Source: Octopus sinensis (taxonomy: Eukaryota). From it: DNA of 64,000 bases. Shown piece by piece: positions 13,137 to 27,598 of this stretch (within the stretch, counting starts at the first letter, position 1; each line of letters begins with the position of its first letter). The notes beneath the pieces are model-generated. The model did no database searches and was not told where the DNA came from. It was given only the letters and a program-made list of their open reading frames with translations. The position numbers and the translations under genes were made by a program. The stretch is from assembly GCF_006345805.1 (NCBI RefSeq), contig NW_021833235.1:16266-80265 (forward strand), read 5' to 3'.

Positions 13137-13231
13137 TTTAGACGATGCATCGTTTCTGCGTTTTTAATGATAGACCAGCTTAATTAAATTAAATTAAGCT
13201 AATCTACCATAGGTCACGCTTCGTCAGTAAA
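13137..13231 (-). ncRNA. Type I hammerhead ribozyme motif in ~400-bp element (about 13013-13412) between two (TA)n tracts
   Basis: Minus strand: UUUA-CUGACGA-A-GCGU[structured loop incl. AGCUUAAUU/AAUUAAGCU]ACGC-A-GAA-ACGAUGCAUCGU-C-UAAA; 12-nt palindromic stem III, GUC triplet. Confidence 0.8.
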
Positions 13232-13415
13232 GAAACCTTTGGTGGAGGCAAATATACACGAGGCTAACGCATCGAAGCCTCTGGAATATCTGTCTTAAAT
13301 TTTCGAAGACCCGCGCAATCGCGCCAATCTTATCAGCAGCAAATATAAACTGCCGAATCAATCTCAGAATTAGTCAGAAAATAATCAATTAATCAATTTA
13401 GGGTAGTAAAAATAT

Positions 13416-13466
<51 letters not shown>

Positions 13467-13633
13467 ATATAGGTGCAGGCATGGCTATGTGGTAAGAAGC
13501 TTGCTTCCCAACCACAAGGTTCCGGGTTCAGTCCCACTGTGTGGCACCTTGGGCAAGTGTCTTCTTCTATAGGATCAGGCTCACCAAAGCCTTGTAAGTG
13601 GATTTGGTAGACGGAAACTGAAAGAAGCCCGTC

Positions 13634-13672
<39 letters not shown>

Positions 13673-14416
13673 GAGGCGCAATGGCCTAGTGGTTAGGGCA
13701 GCAGACTCGCGGTCGTAGGATCGCGGTTTCGATTCCCAGACCGGGCGTTGTGTGTGTTTATTGAATGAAAACACCTAAAAGCTCCACGATGCTCCAGCAG
13801 GGAGTGGTGATCCCTGCTGTACTCTTTCACCACTCCTCTCACTCCTTCTATTGGCCTGCTCACTTAGCCAGCGAGGTGGTGTCATTCCAAGGCTAAAACG
13901 ATGCAAACGCATTGTGACCAGCGATGTGTAGCAACATCTGATGGTCTGGTCGGTCACGTGATCATGTGATATATATATATATATATATATATATGCATAC
14001 ATATATATATGTGTATGTGTTAGTTTAGGGGGATGATATTATCTGGGTGGATACTGTGATAGCTCTCAATTATGTTCTTGGTTATGGCTAACTGCATTGA
14101 TCAGTATTTAACATCTATGATGACCAGGAGTTGTTACTTGTACTGTAAATTCCTCTGATTAGTAATTCTGAACAAAGCTGCACAGAAGATTATGCCCAGT
14201 TGCATATGCGACTGCCTATACTCTGTGCAGCAGAACCATGTCTAGGTTGTCATAACCATAAAAATAAGCTGTATGACATTGTAAAAATAAAAAATAAATA
14301 AATTTTGAGGATTTACCTGTCTCCATATTCTCTTTCTTTATAATTATTGTAAATATATGCATGTGTAATTTATATATTAATGTCTGACTTAATTTTAATT
14401 ATTTCTTTCTCTGCAG

Positions 14417-14516
14417 GACCAAATGTCATCAAGATTACTCGGACTTCCAGCAGGAAAAGACAACATGAACCGTTTAGTTCCTGCAGAGGGGAAGTGTATT
14501 CCAACCAAATCAATAG
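14417..14516 (+). CDS. LATS1: LATS/Warts kinase, upstream coding exon (DQMSSRLL...PTKSIG); probably internal, could instead carry the start ATG at 14423
   Basis: Pyrimidine tract + ctgcAG acceptor (14415-16). 100-nt open frame ending ATA G|GTGTGT (phase 1), which joins in frame to the phase-1 acceptor of the next exon (ttttctAG|GT TTT CCC). No strong LATS-specific motif inside, so the assignment rests on splice phase and position. Confidence 0.6.
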
Positions 14517-14769
14517 GTGTGTGCTTCCTACCTGTATTACCTACCTGTATCGTTGGAATCTTTTACCTGTATTACAGTCTTTGTTTTTGGGTACTCATGG
14601 TTCTATAAATTGTCTTCTGAAAGAGTCCTGAAACCTAAAGTGTCTTCTAACCCTTTTGTTGCCATATTTCTGTTGAAATACACCGTCTGTGTTTTGATTA
14701 ATGTTTTAAAAATCAAAACAACACCTGTGTTTTAATTAATTCATAGGCACAGGAGTGGCTGTGTGTATG

Positions 14770-14806
<37 letters not shown>

Positions 14807-15129
14807 TTGTGTGTCTGTGTTTGTCCCCCTAGCATTGCTTGACAACCGATGCTGGTGTGTTTACGTCCCTGTTACTTAGCGGTTCGGCAAAAGAGACTGA
14901 TAGAATAAGTACTGGGCTTACAAAGAATAAGTCCCAGGGTCGATTTGCTCGACTAAAGGCGGTGCTCCAGCATGGCCACAGTCAAATGACTGAAACAAGT
15001 AAAAGAGTAAATAGAAAAGAGTAATTAATTTTGAAAATAAAGAATTTCATAAAATAGCTTGGATCCCACTCTGTCCAATGCCTGCATGGTTGAGATACTT
15101 GACTGAATGGTGGTTTCTTTGTGGTACCA

Positions 15130-15590
15130 GCACGGAGGCCAGGCGAGGCTGGTGATGGCCACAATCGGATGGTGCTTTTTACGCCACCGGCACGGGGGTC
15201 AGGTGAGGCTGGCAACGGCCACGATTGGATGGTGCTTTTTACGTGCCACCGGCATGGGAGCCAGGCGAGGCTGGCAACGGCCACGATCGGATGGTGCTTT
15301 TTACGTGCCACCAGGACGGAGGCCAGGCGAGGCTGGCAACGGCCATGATTGGATGGTGCTTTTTACGTGCCACTGACACGGAGGCCTGGCGAGGCTGGCA
15401 ACGGCTACGAACGGACCGTGCTTTTTATGTGCCACCGACACGGGGGCCAGGCGAGGCTGGCAACGGCCATGATCGGATGGTGCTTTTTACGTGCCACCGG
15501 CATGGGGGCCAGGTGAGGCTGGAATCGGCCACGATCGGATGGTGCTTTTTACATGCCACCGGCACGGGGGCCAGGCGAGACTGCTGAAAG
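15130..15590. repeat. ~61-62-bp tandem repeat (about 7.5 units) amplified from the RTE 3'-UTR unit
   Basis: Unit GCCAGGCGAGGCTGGCAACGGCCACGATCGGATGGTGCTTTTTACGTGCCACCGGCACGGGG; the same unit occurs in RTE tails elsewhere in the window. Confidence 0.9.
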
Positions 15591-15831
15591 CTACAAGGTA
15601 ATGCAGGAGAAATTCAAAAGAAGGAATAAATAAGCATTACACTTGATAGAATGATCTGAATGCTAAAGGGTTAAGGTGGATTCTTCTTTCACTGAGCAAA
15701 GAAGCAGAACCTCTTGGTCCCTATAGTCTCTTGATAGAGATTAAGATGAAGTCTTTTGTGAGTTTCTTGGAGGACTCCACCTCATCTGTCTCTGTTGTGG
15801 TTGAGAATGTCAAAGTGGTTGACTGCTTCAC

Positions 15832-15862
15832 TTAGGGTTAGGGTTAGGGGTTAGGGTTAGGG
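15832..15862 (+). repeat. Interstitial telomere-like (TTAGGG)5 inside a decayed RTE-like RT fragment (about 15790-16050)
   Basis: TTAGGG TTAGGG TTAGGGG TTAGGG TTAGGG; flanks translate ENVKVVDCFT.. and ..SCESEVLKRLG..YSCETW. Confidence 0.8.
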
Positions 15863-16689
15863 TGATCTCAGGCAGTGAAATCCCTAGTTTCATTAGCTGT
15901 GAGTCTGAAGTCCTAAAAAGACTCGGATGAGTTGGTGCAATTGTGGGGTCATTGCAAAAGGGTGTCTCGCATTGCTGATATGTGAACAGGAGGACAATGG
16001 TTAGGGTATTTTAGATCTTCTATAGTTGTGAGACTTGGATATGGTCCGTGGCCCTTAGGGGGCTGCCCAAACTCTTTTGGCATGATTATGGGCTACCACT
16101 GGTCGTATTTGTGTGGTAAGTAGCTTGCTAACCAACCACATGGTTCTGGGTTCAGTCCCACTGCGTGGCACCTTGGTCAAGTGTCTTCTCCTATAGCCCT
16201 GGGCCGACCAATGCCTTGTGAGTGGATTTGGTAGACGGAAACTGAAAGAAGCCTATCGTATATATGTGTATATATATATATATATATGTGTGTGTGTATG
16301 TGTGTGTGTTTGTGTGTCTGTGTTTGTCCCCCTAGCATTGCTTGGCAACCGATGGTGGTGTGTTTACATCCCCGTCACTTAGCGGTTCGGCAAAAGAGAC
16401 CGATGGAATAAGTACTGGGCTTACAAAAGAATAAGTCCCGGGGTCGATTTGCTCGACTAAAGGCGGTGCTCCAGCATGGCCGCAGTCAAATGACTGAAAC
16501 AAGTAAAAGAGTAACCAATGACTGCTCAGAAACCAGGACGTGTCCTGTTCCTTGTAAGATTTGAGAAAGCCAGTTCAAACAGTTTGGCCATGCTGCTTGA
16601 TTTGGAACTCGGAATCTAAAAATGGACGAAATACCTCGAAGCATTTTGCCCGGTGTGTTAACACTGCCAGTTCACTGCATCTTTATTTA

Positions 16690-17480
16690 TTATTATTTTT
16701 TATTTCTTTATTGCCCACAAGTGACTAAACATAGAGGGGACAAACAAGGACAAACAAAGGGATTAAGTCGATTACATCGACCCCAGTGCGTAACTGGTAC
16801 TTAATTTATCGACTCCAGAAGGATGAAAGGCAAAGTTGACCTTGGCGGAATTTGAACTCAAGAAAGTAGCTGCAGACGAAATACCTATTTCTTTATTACC
16901 CACAAGGGGCTAAACACATAGGGGACAAACAAGGACAGACATAAGTATTAAATTGACTACATCGACCCCAGTGCGTAACTAGTACTTAATTTATCGACCC
17001 CGAAAGGATGAAAGGCAAAGTCGGCCTCGGCAGAATTTGAACTCAAGAACGTAGCGGCAGATGAAATACTTATTTCTTTATTACCCACAAGGGGCTAAAC
17101 ACAGAGGGGACAAACAAGATCAGACAAACAGATTAAGTCTATTATATCAACCTCAATACGTAACTGGTACTTATTTAATCGACCCCGAAAGGATGAAAGG
17201 CAAAGTCGACCTCGGCGGAATTTGAACTCAGAACATAACGGCAGACGAAATACCTATTTCTTTACTACCCACAAGGGGCTAAACACAGAGGGGACAAACA
17301 AGGACAGACGTAGGTATTAAGTCGATTACATCGACCCCAGTGCGTAACTGGTACTTAATTTATCGACCCCAAAAGGATGAAAAGCAAAGTTAACCTCGGC
17401 GGAATTTGAACTCAGAATGTAGCGGCAGAGGAAATACCGCTAAGCATTTCGCCCGGTGTGCTAACCATTCTGCCAGCTCG
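16690..17480 (-). mobile_element. SINE family C: one head plus four tandem ~184-bp bodies
   Basis: Head GGCGAGCTGGCAGAAT..TTAGCAC...GAGTTCAAATTCC; body GAGGTCGACTTTGCCTTTCATCCTTTCGGGGTCGATAAA. Dimer at 55465-55870; single or partial copies at about 17483, 18105, 19240, 33245, 34528, 35412, 46250, 50840 and 51090. Confidence 0.8.
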
Positions 17481-18722
17481 GCGGTGAGCTGGCAGAATTG
17501 TTAGCATTCTGAGCAAAATGCTTCACGACATTTCGTCCATCTTTACATGCTGGGTTCAAATGTCCCTGAAGTCAACTTTGTCTTTCATCCATTCGGGATA
17601 GATGAATTAATCACCAGCAACTTATTCCTTCCCTTGTGCAAAAATTTGAAATAGTCATCATCATTATTATTATTATTAAGAAGGCGGCAAGTGAAATCGG
17701 AATCGAACCAATGCTATGACTGGCACCCGGCAGTTGCCAGGACCGCTGGACTGACTCCCGTGCAGGTGGCAAGGGAAGAAACACCATTTCAACCCTGTGC
17801 TTGAGGAGATCCTATCCGAATCGTGGCCGATGCCAGCGCCGTCTTGACTGGCTTCCGTGCCGGTGGCACGTAAAATGCACCAATCCGATTGTGGCTGTTG
17901 CTAGCGTCGTCTGGCACCTGTGCTGGTGGCATGTAAAAAGCACCCACTACACTCACGGAATGGTTGGCGTTAGGAAGGGCATCCAGCCGTAGAAACTTTG
18001 CCAGATCAGATGAGCCTGGTGCAGCCTTCTGGCTTCCCAAACCCCAGTTGAACCATCCAACCCATGCTAGCATGGAGAACGGACGCTAAACGATGATGAA
18101 GGCAGAGAACTGGCAGAAATGTATGATGGGTAAAATGCTTAACAGTATTTCGTCTGCCACTACGTTCTGAGTTCAAATTCTGCCAAGGTAAACTTTGCCT
18201 TTCATCCTTTTGGGGTCAATGAAATAAGGACCAGTTGAACACTAGGAAGTCAATGTAATTGACTTAACCCCTCTCTCAAAATTTCAAGCCTTGTACCTTT
18301 AGCATAAATTATTATTATCATTATTATTATTGAGTGAGAGAGCAGTTCATGCCATCAAAGTGACACAGGGGTACAAATATACGAAGCCCAGTATACCCAT
18401 CATGACTACCTGTCTGATAAGGGTACACCAGGCACATGCATCACAACCATATGTGCACGACATGGTGATCTCATGACAAGATAAACAGCGCATGACCTTG
18501 CGGGTGGGCCCAGTTAGAATTTTCTTCAGGTTGAGTAGCCCATCCCGCTCAAAAGGTCCCTGAATAAGGATTGTTTAAGGATGTTGAACGAAACATACAT
18601 GTTTCTAGAGGTGAATTATTCAAACCCCAAAGAATTCCTCTCAACACATGGCTATGATGCTCCCCCACTACTTTTGATTGTGATTAGAGATGCACATATC
18701 GTCAGCCACCAAGGGACATGCT

Positions 18723-19087
18723 CAACTGGTTACGGTCAAACAACTGACAAGCAAATCTGTGGTATTGAGCAGAATATTTGCTATAACCCATATTATTCAA
18801 CTGGCTAAGGTCAAACAACTGACAAGCAAATCTGTGGTATTGAGCAGAATTTTTGCTATAACCCATATTATTCAACTGGTTAAGGTCAAACAACTGACAA
18901 GCAAATCTGTGGTATTGAGCAGAATTTTTGCTATAACCCATATTATTCAACTGGTTAAGGTCAAACAACTGACAAGCAAATCTGTGGTATTGAGCAGAAT
19001 ATTTGCTATAACCCATATTATTCAACTGGTTAAGGTCAAACAACTGACAAGCAAATCTGTGGTATTGAGCAGAATATTTGCTGTAGC
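18723..19087. repeat. 75-bp tandem repeat (about 4.9 units) inside an interspersed repeat
   Basis: Units start at 18723, 18798, 18873, 18948 and 19023; the 75-nt period explains the 25-aa repeat ORFs on both strands. Confidence 0.95.
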
Positions 19088-19187
19088 CCATCTTTTATAC
19101 CAAGACAAAACAATGATAACATGATAACACTTCCAATCAGTTAAGATCAGAAGCCATGAGAGCCACTGCCTGGTACTGCATCAGGGC

Positions 19188-19218
<31 letters not shown>

Positions 19219-19456
19219 CTTATTATTATTTAAAAAAATCGTTAGCACACTGGGCAAAATGCTTAGTGGTATCTTGCCTGCCTTTACGTTCTGAGTTCCA
19301 ATTCCACCGATGTCGACTTTGCCTTTCATCCTTTTGGGGTCGATGAAATAAGGGACCAGTGAAGCACTGGAGTCAATATAATCTACTTACCCCTTTTCCC
19401 TAAATTTCAGGCCTTGTGTTTATAGTAGAAAGGGTTGAGCACTGGTGCCAATGTAA

Positions 19457-23020
<3,564 letters not shown>

Positions 23021-23118
23021 TAAGTACAATTTTTTTCTTTTCTTTATTTATTATTATTGTTGTTGTTGTTGACTTTGTTTTTCAGTCACCCACTCCTTGA
23101 TTGGTATTGTTTATATAT

Positions 23119-23151
<33 letters not shown>

Positions 23152-23763
23152 GTGGAGGCGCAATGGCCCAGTGGTTAGGGCAGCAGACTCGCAGTCATAG
23201 GATTGCGGTTTCGATTCCCAGACCGGGCATTGTGAGTGTTTATTGAGTGAAAACATCTAAAGCTCCAAGAGGCTCCGGCAGGGGGTGGTGGCGATCCCTG
23301 CTGTACTCTTTCGCCACAACTTTCTCTCACTCTTTCTTCTGTTGGCCAGCTCGCTTAGCCAGTGGGGTGGCGTCATTTGAAGGCTAAAAAACAATGCGAG
23401 GCGCATTGTGACCAGCAATGTGTAGCAACATCTGATAGGTCGGAAAAAAAAATATATATATCATCATCATCTAGTTTTTTAAATCTGTGTTTTGTCCCAG
23501 TTAACGGGGTGTCTGGATTTATCTCAGTGCCATAGTAACTGCCCTCATGCCATCTTGTCTGGTTTCTTAAGCCAAACCTCCCAATCTCCTCCACCTGTCC
23601 CCTCTGTGTTTTTTTTGGTTTACCTCACTTTCGCAGTCCCAACTATATATATATACATATATATATAGTTAATCCAAACATAAAAACACAGAGAAAACAC
23701 AACACGAGGACGTAGAACAAATATAGTATTATTGGACACTCATGAAGGAAGGGAAGAAGGAGG

Positions 23764-23798
23764 GTTTAACGTTTCGAGCGGAGCTCTTCGTCGGAAAC
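23764..23798 (-). ncRNA. Minimal hammerhead motif (CCGACGA, U4C variant) in ~200-bp repeat (23668-23869)
   Basis: Reverse complement GUUU-CCGACGA-A-GAGC ucc GCUC-GAA-ACGU-U-AAAC; same family as 12457. Confidence 0.6.
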
Positions 23799-24130
23799 AT
23801 AAGAGAAGGAAAGATCCAGAGAAGGGAAGACAGCGGAAAAAAAATTGCCAACGGTACACACGCGGTCACATTTTAGATTCAGATGAATATGGTACTTAAG
23901 GTGAGGCACCAGAATTTAGTACGGTGTTTATCTCCTTAATTTCTTGGAGATTTTAGGTGTAATTATACTAATGTGTCCATCTGTTCTAATTTAATTAAAT
24001 TCTATGTCTTTGTGCAGCTGAGGATTGCTCTGCATTTTAAATTGATGTAATGATTGCATTGTCAAATCAAATAGAATTGCATGAAATGATCGTACTGCAT
24101 TACCTCTGGATATCCTTGTTGCTTGTTTTG

Positions 24131-24161
<31 letters not shown>

Positions 24162-26152
24162 TATCTCAGACACGACTCCAGGTCATCAGCATCACTTGGG
24201 CTCATCACAAATTTTGCATAAAACACATGCCTGTTCAAAGAATTTCACATTTACCCCACAATATTTCTACCCCTAAATGTCTTATTTATTATCTATATCT
24301 TGCACTATGTCTTTCTCCATTTCTAAGTTAAGGGTAAAAATAAAACAACAAATAAAATAGGTGCAGGAGTGGCTGTGTGGTAAGTAGCTTGTTTACCAAC
24401 CACATGGTTCTGGGTTCAGTCCCACTGCGTGGCACCTTGGGCAAGTGTCTTCTACTATAGCCTCGGGCCGACCAAAGCCTTGTGAGTGGATTTGGTAGAC
24501 GGAAACTGAAAGAAGCCTGTTGTATATATGTATATATATGTATGTGTGTGTATATGTTTGTGTGTCTGTGTTTGTCCTCCCAGCATTGCTTGACAACTGA
24601 TGCTGGTGTGTTTATGTCCCCGTCACTTAGCAGTTCGGCAAAAGAGACCGATAGAATAAGTACTGGGCTTACAAAGAATAAGTCCCGGGGTCGATTTGCT
24701 CGATTAAAGGCGGTGCTCCAGCATGGCCACAGTCAAATGACTGAAAGAAGTAAAAAAAAAATAAAACAACCCTGCAATACACAACTGATCTTTACACACA
24801 GATGCACAGAATAGCAGTAATCAAATAACGACAGCTGAGTGCACAACAGACATCAGCGATCTGATTCTTGATCGCCTGTCCTCTTGGCAAGAAATGCCAT
24901 TTAGTCTTTTACACCTACCAGGCTCATTCGTATTAGCCCGAGTTGCTGGATAATCTTTAGTTCTTTCAAGAATATTGTAGAATGGAAACTTTTCATAGAT
25001 TGGAATTTAAACCCTCATCTCTACAGAAATTTATTGTTTCAAGAAAACATTGATTTTGAATTACTTTTAATTTTTACGATTATAGATAACAACTCGGGCT
25101 GTAACTTCTGAGCCCGAGTCAGGCGTGCGTGAATGATGTTGAGAGAATGTCTGCTACGAATGATATTTTTTGACATCGCACTTCTAAGACGACCGCCAGA
25201 TGCTGAACAAAAATTGACTGTGACGAGGCTTAATAAAATATGCATATATATTTTATTTATATATATATATATATATATAATATAATATATATATATATAT
25301 GCCTTCGAAACATGCTAGAGTCGAACTAGTGACAGCTGATGAAGGGGATTTTTCCTGTGTAGTATGTCCTGTACTCTGTTTTTCTGTTGTAAAAAATGGT
25401 TTTCCCGTTTTCGTTTCTCGTTGAGTTCTACGTCTAGTTGTGGTGTCCTGTACTCACGTATATATATTTATATATGCATGTATATATACATGTAGATGTA
25501 GGTACGTGCATATATGTTTGTATGTATGCATATATTTTATTTATTACACTATATATATATAATATATATATATATATACACACATACACACACATGTATA
25601 TATATTCACAACACACACACACACACACACATATATATATCATCATCATCGTTTAACGTCCGTTTTCCGCGCTAGCATGGGTTGGACGGTTCGACCGGGG
25701 TCTGGGGAGCCAGGGGCTGCCCCAGGTTCCAGTCTTATCTGGCAATGTTTCTACAGCTGGATGCCCTTCCTAACGCCAACCACTCCGCGAGTGTAGTGGG
25801 TGCTTTTTATCGTGCCACCTGCACAGGTGCCAGAGGGGTCTGGCATTGGCCACGATCGGTTGGTGCTTTTTTTTATGTGCTACCGGCACAGAAGCCAGTC
25901 AAGGCGGTGCTGGCATCGGCCACGTTCAGAGCATATATATTCACATACATATATTCACACACACACACACGTGTGTGTGTGTATAAGAAAAGAAATGGAG
26001 TAACAATTAGAAGTTGATCATTGGTATTAAAAGGTCATAATTTAATTGTAGTTAAAAAAACATTCACAAGTGTCTCAGTTTGTTGTTTGTGAAGTAAATT
26101 TGCATTTATCTCATTCTATTTAACAAACATCATCAGAATGATTTAGAGTTTA

Positions 26153-26723
26153 CTAGCAGTATCGCCTGTCGTTGCTCGGGTTTGTAAGGGAAATAACTAT
26201 ACAGCATTTTTAGAGAGTTATAGCCAAAAAATAGCAAAAAAATGCATTAAAAATGGAAAAAATATGATGGTAATTTTTTTTAAAAATCGTTGACTCATCG
26301 TAGACATTTTTAGAGAGTTACTTCCCTTTAAAAAAATATGCATGAAAATGGAAAAAAATGATGGTGAATTATTTTTAAAATCGTAGACTCATCGTAGACA
26401 TTTTTAGAGAGTTACTTCCCTTTAAAAAAATATGCATGAAAATGGAAAAAAATGATGGTGAATTATTTTTAAAATCGTAGACTCATCGTAGACATTTTTA
26501 GAGAGTTACTTCCCTTTAAAAAAATATGCATGAAAATGGAAAAAAATGATGGTGAATTATTTTTAAAATCGTAGACGCGTGCTAATACCCAGAAGGGCTC
26601 GATATGAATCATGACTATAAGATACCCGGTTTTGGTTAAACTGCACCTCAAAATGTGGGAGTAGTTAGGAATCTAAATCGAAGGGGACAGACACTCATAC
26701 AACTACAGTTTTATATATATAGA
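26153..26723 (-). mobile_element. Non-autonomous Helitron with internal 94-bp tandem repeat
   Basis: Minus strand begins TC(TATATATATAAAACTGTAG), ends CCCGAGCAACGACAGGCGATACTG-CTAG with a subterminal GC hairpin, inserted between A and T, no TSD; about three 94-bp units at 26307-26575. Confidence 0.85.
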
Positions 26724-26799
26724 TTTGAGGAATGTAGACAGAAGGAAATGGAAAAAAGTTCAAGTCTTTAGGCTTACAATTTTTGTGTCTGTTAAGGTT

Positions 26800-27553
26800 C
26801 CACGTGTGTGTACATTTCTTCAATGTTATAGTGTTCCTTACACTTATTGAAGGCATCTTCGTTGGACGAGAGATAAGTTCTTTTACTAATGCCCTGTACA
26901 AGTTCTCTTTTTATAAAGTTTGGGTGGTTGCTGTGTGCATTAATATATTTGAGGTTGGTATATATGTGGGGAAAATGACTAGTTGACCGGCGGTGTTAGT
27001 CAAAAGTGTTATACCTGGTCGTAATATCCGCTATCGTTAATTGTAATAAATAACGATGTTTGAGACTGCTATATAAGTCCCTATGATTACAAATAATGCC
27101 CTTGTTAAAAATTAAGGATGCTCTCAAAAGTTTAAGTGCGATATACAGTATAAATTTGGGTTACGTAAAAGGTATAATAAATATATAAAAATGCTATGTG
27201 CAGTGTGGGTTATCTACTTAGAAATATAACTAAAAAAATAAATACAGCTGGAATAGGCTCAATTGCTCATTTAATCATGTTTGTTAGTTACAGCCCTAGC
27301 AATTAGTATGTTAGTCAGTGATCTAACGTTAATGTGGATATATTAAAGAGAATTATAGCTCCGGGTGTACATCGTATATTTAAAATAAAGGCGCAGGAGT
27401 GGCTGTGTGGTAAGTAGCTTGCTCTCCAACCACATGGTTCCGGGTTCAGTCCACTGTGTGACACCTTGGGCAAGTGTCGTCTACTATAGCCTCAGGCCGA
27501 CCAAAGCCTTGTGAGTAGATTTGGTAGACGGAAACTGAAAGAAGCCTGTCGTA

Positions 27554-27598
<45 letters not shown>

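Noticed and set aside
16690-17480. CRISPR-like appearance of regularly spaced repeats (also 15130-15590, 26307-26575)
   Set aside because: Contiguous units without unique spacers, eukaryotic context, no cas genes.
18690-19124. 25-aa repeat ORFs on both strands
   Set aside because: The 75-bp tandem unit is a multiple of three inside an interspersed repeat; artefact.
25225-25350. Possible hammerhead pieces (GTGACGAGGC...GCCTTCGAAAC and CTGATGAAGG)
   Set aside because: Stem I/III and the cleavage triplet cannot be assembled consistently; at most a decayed relic.
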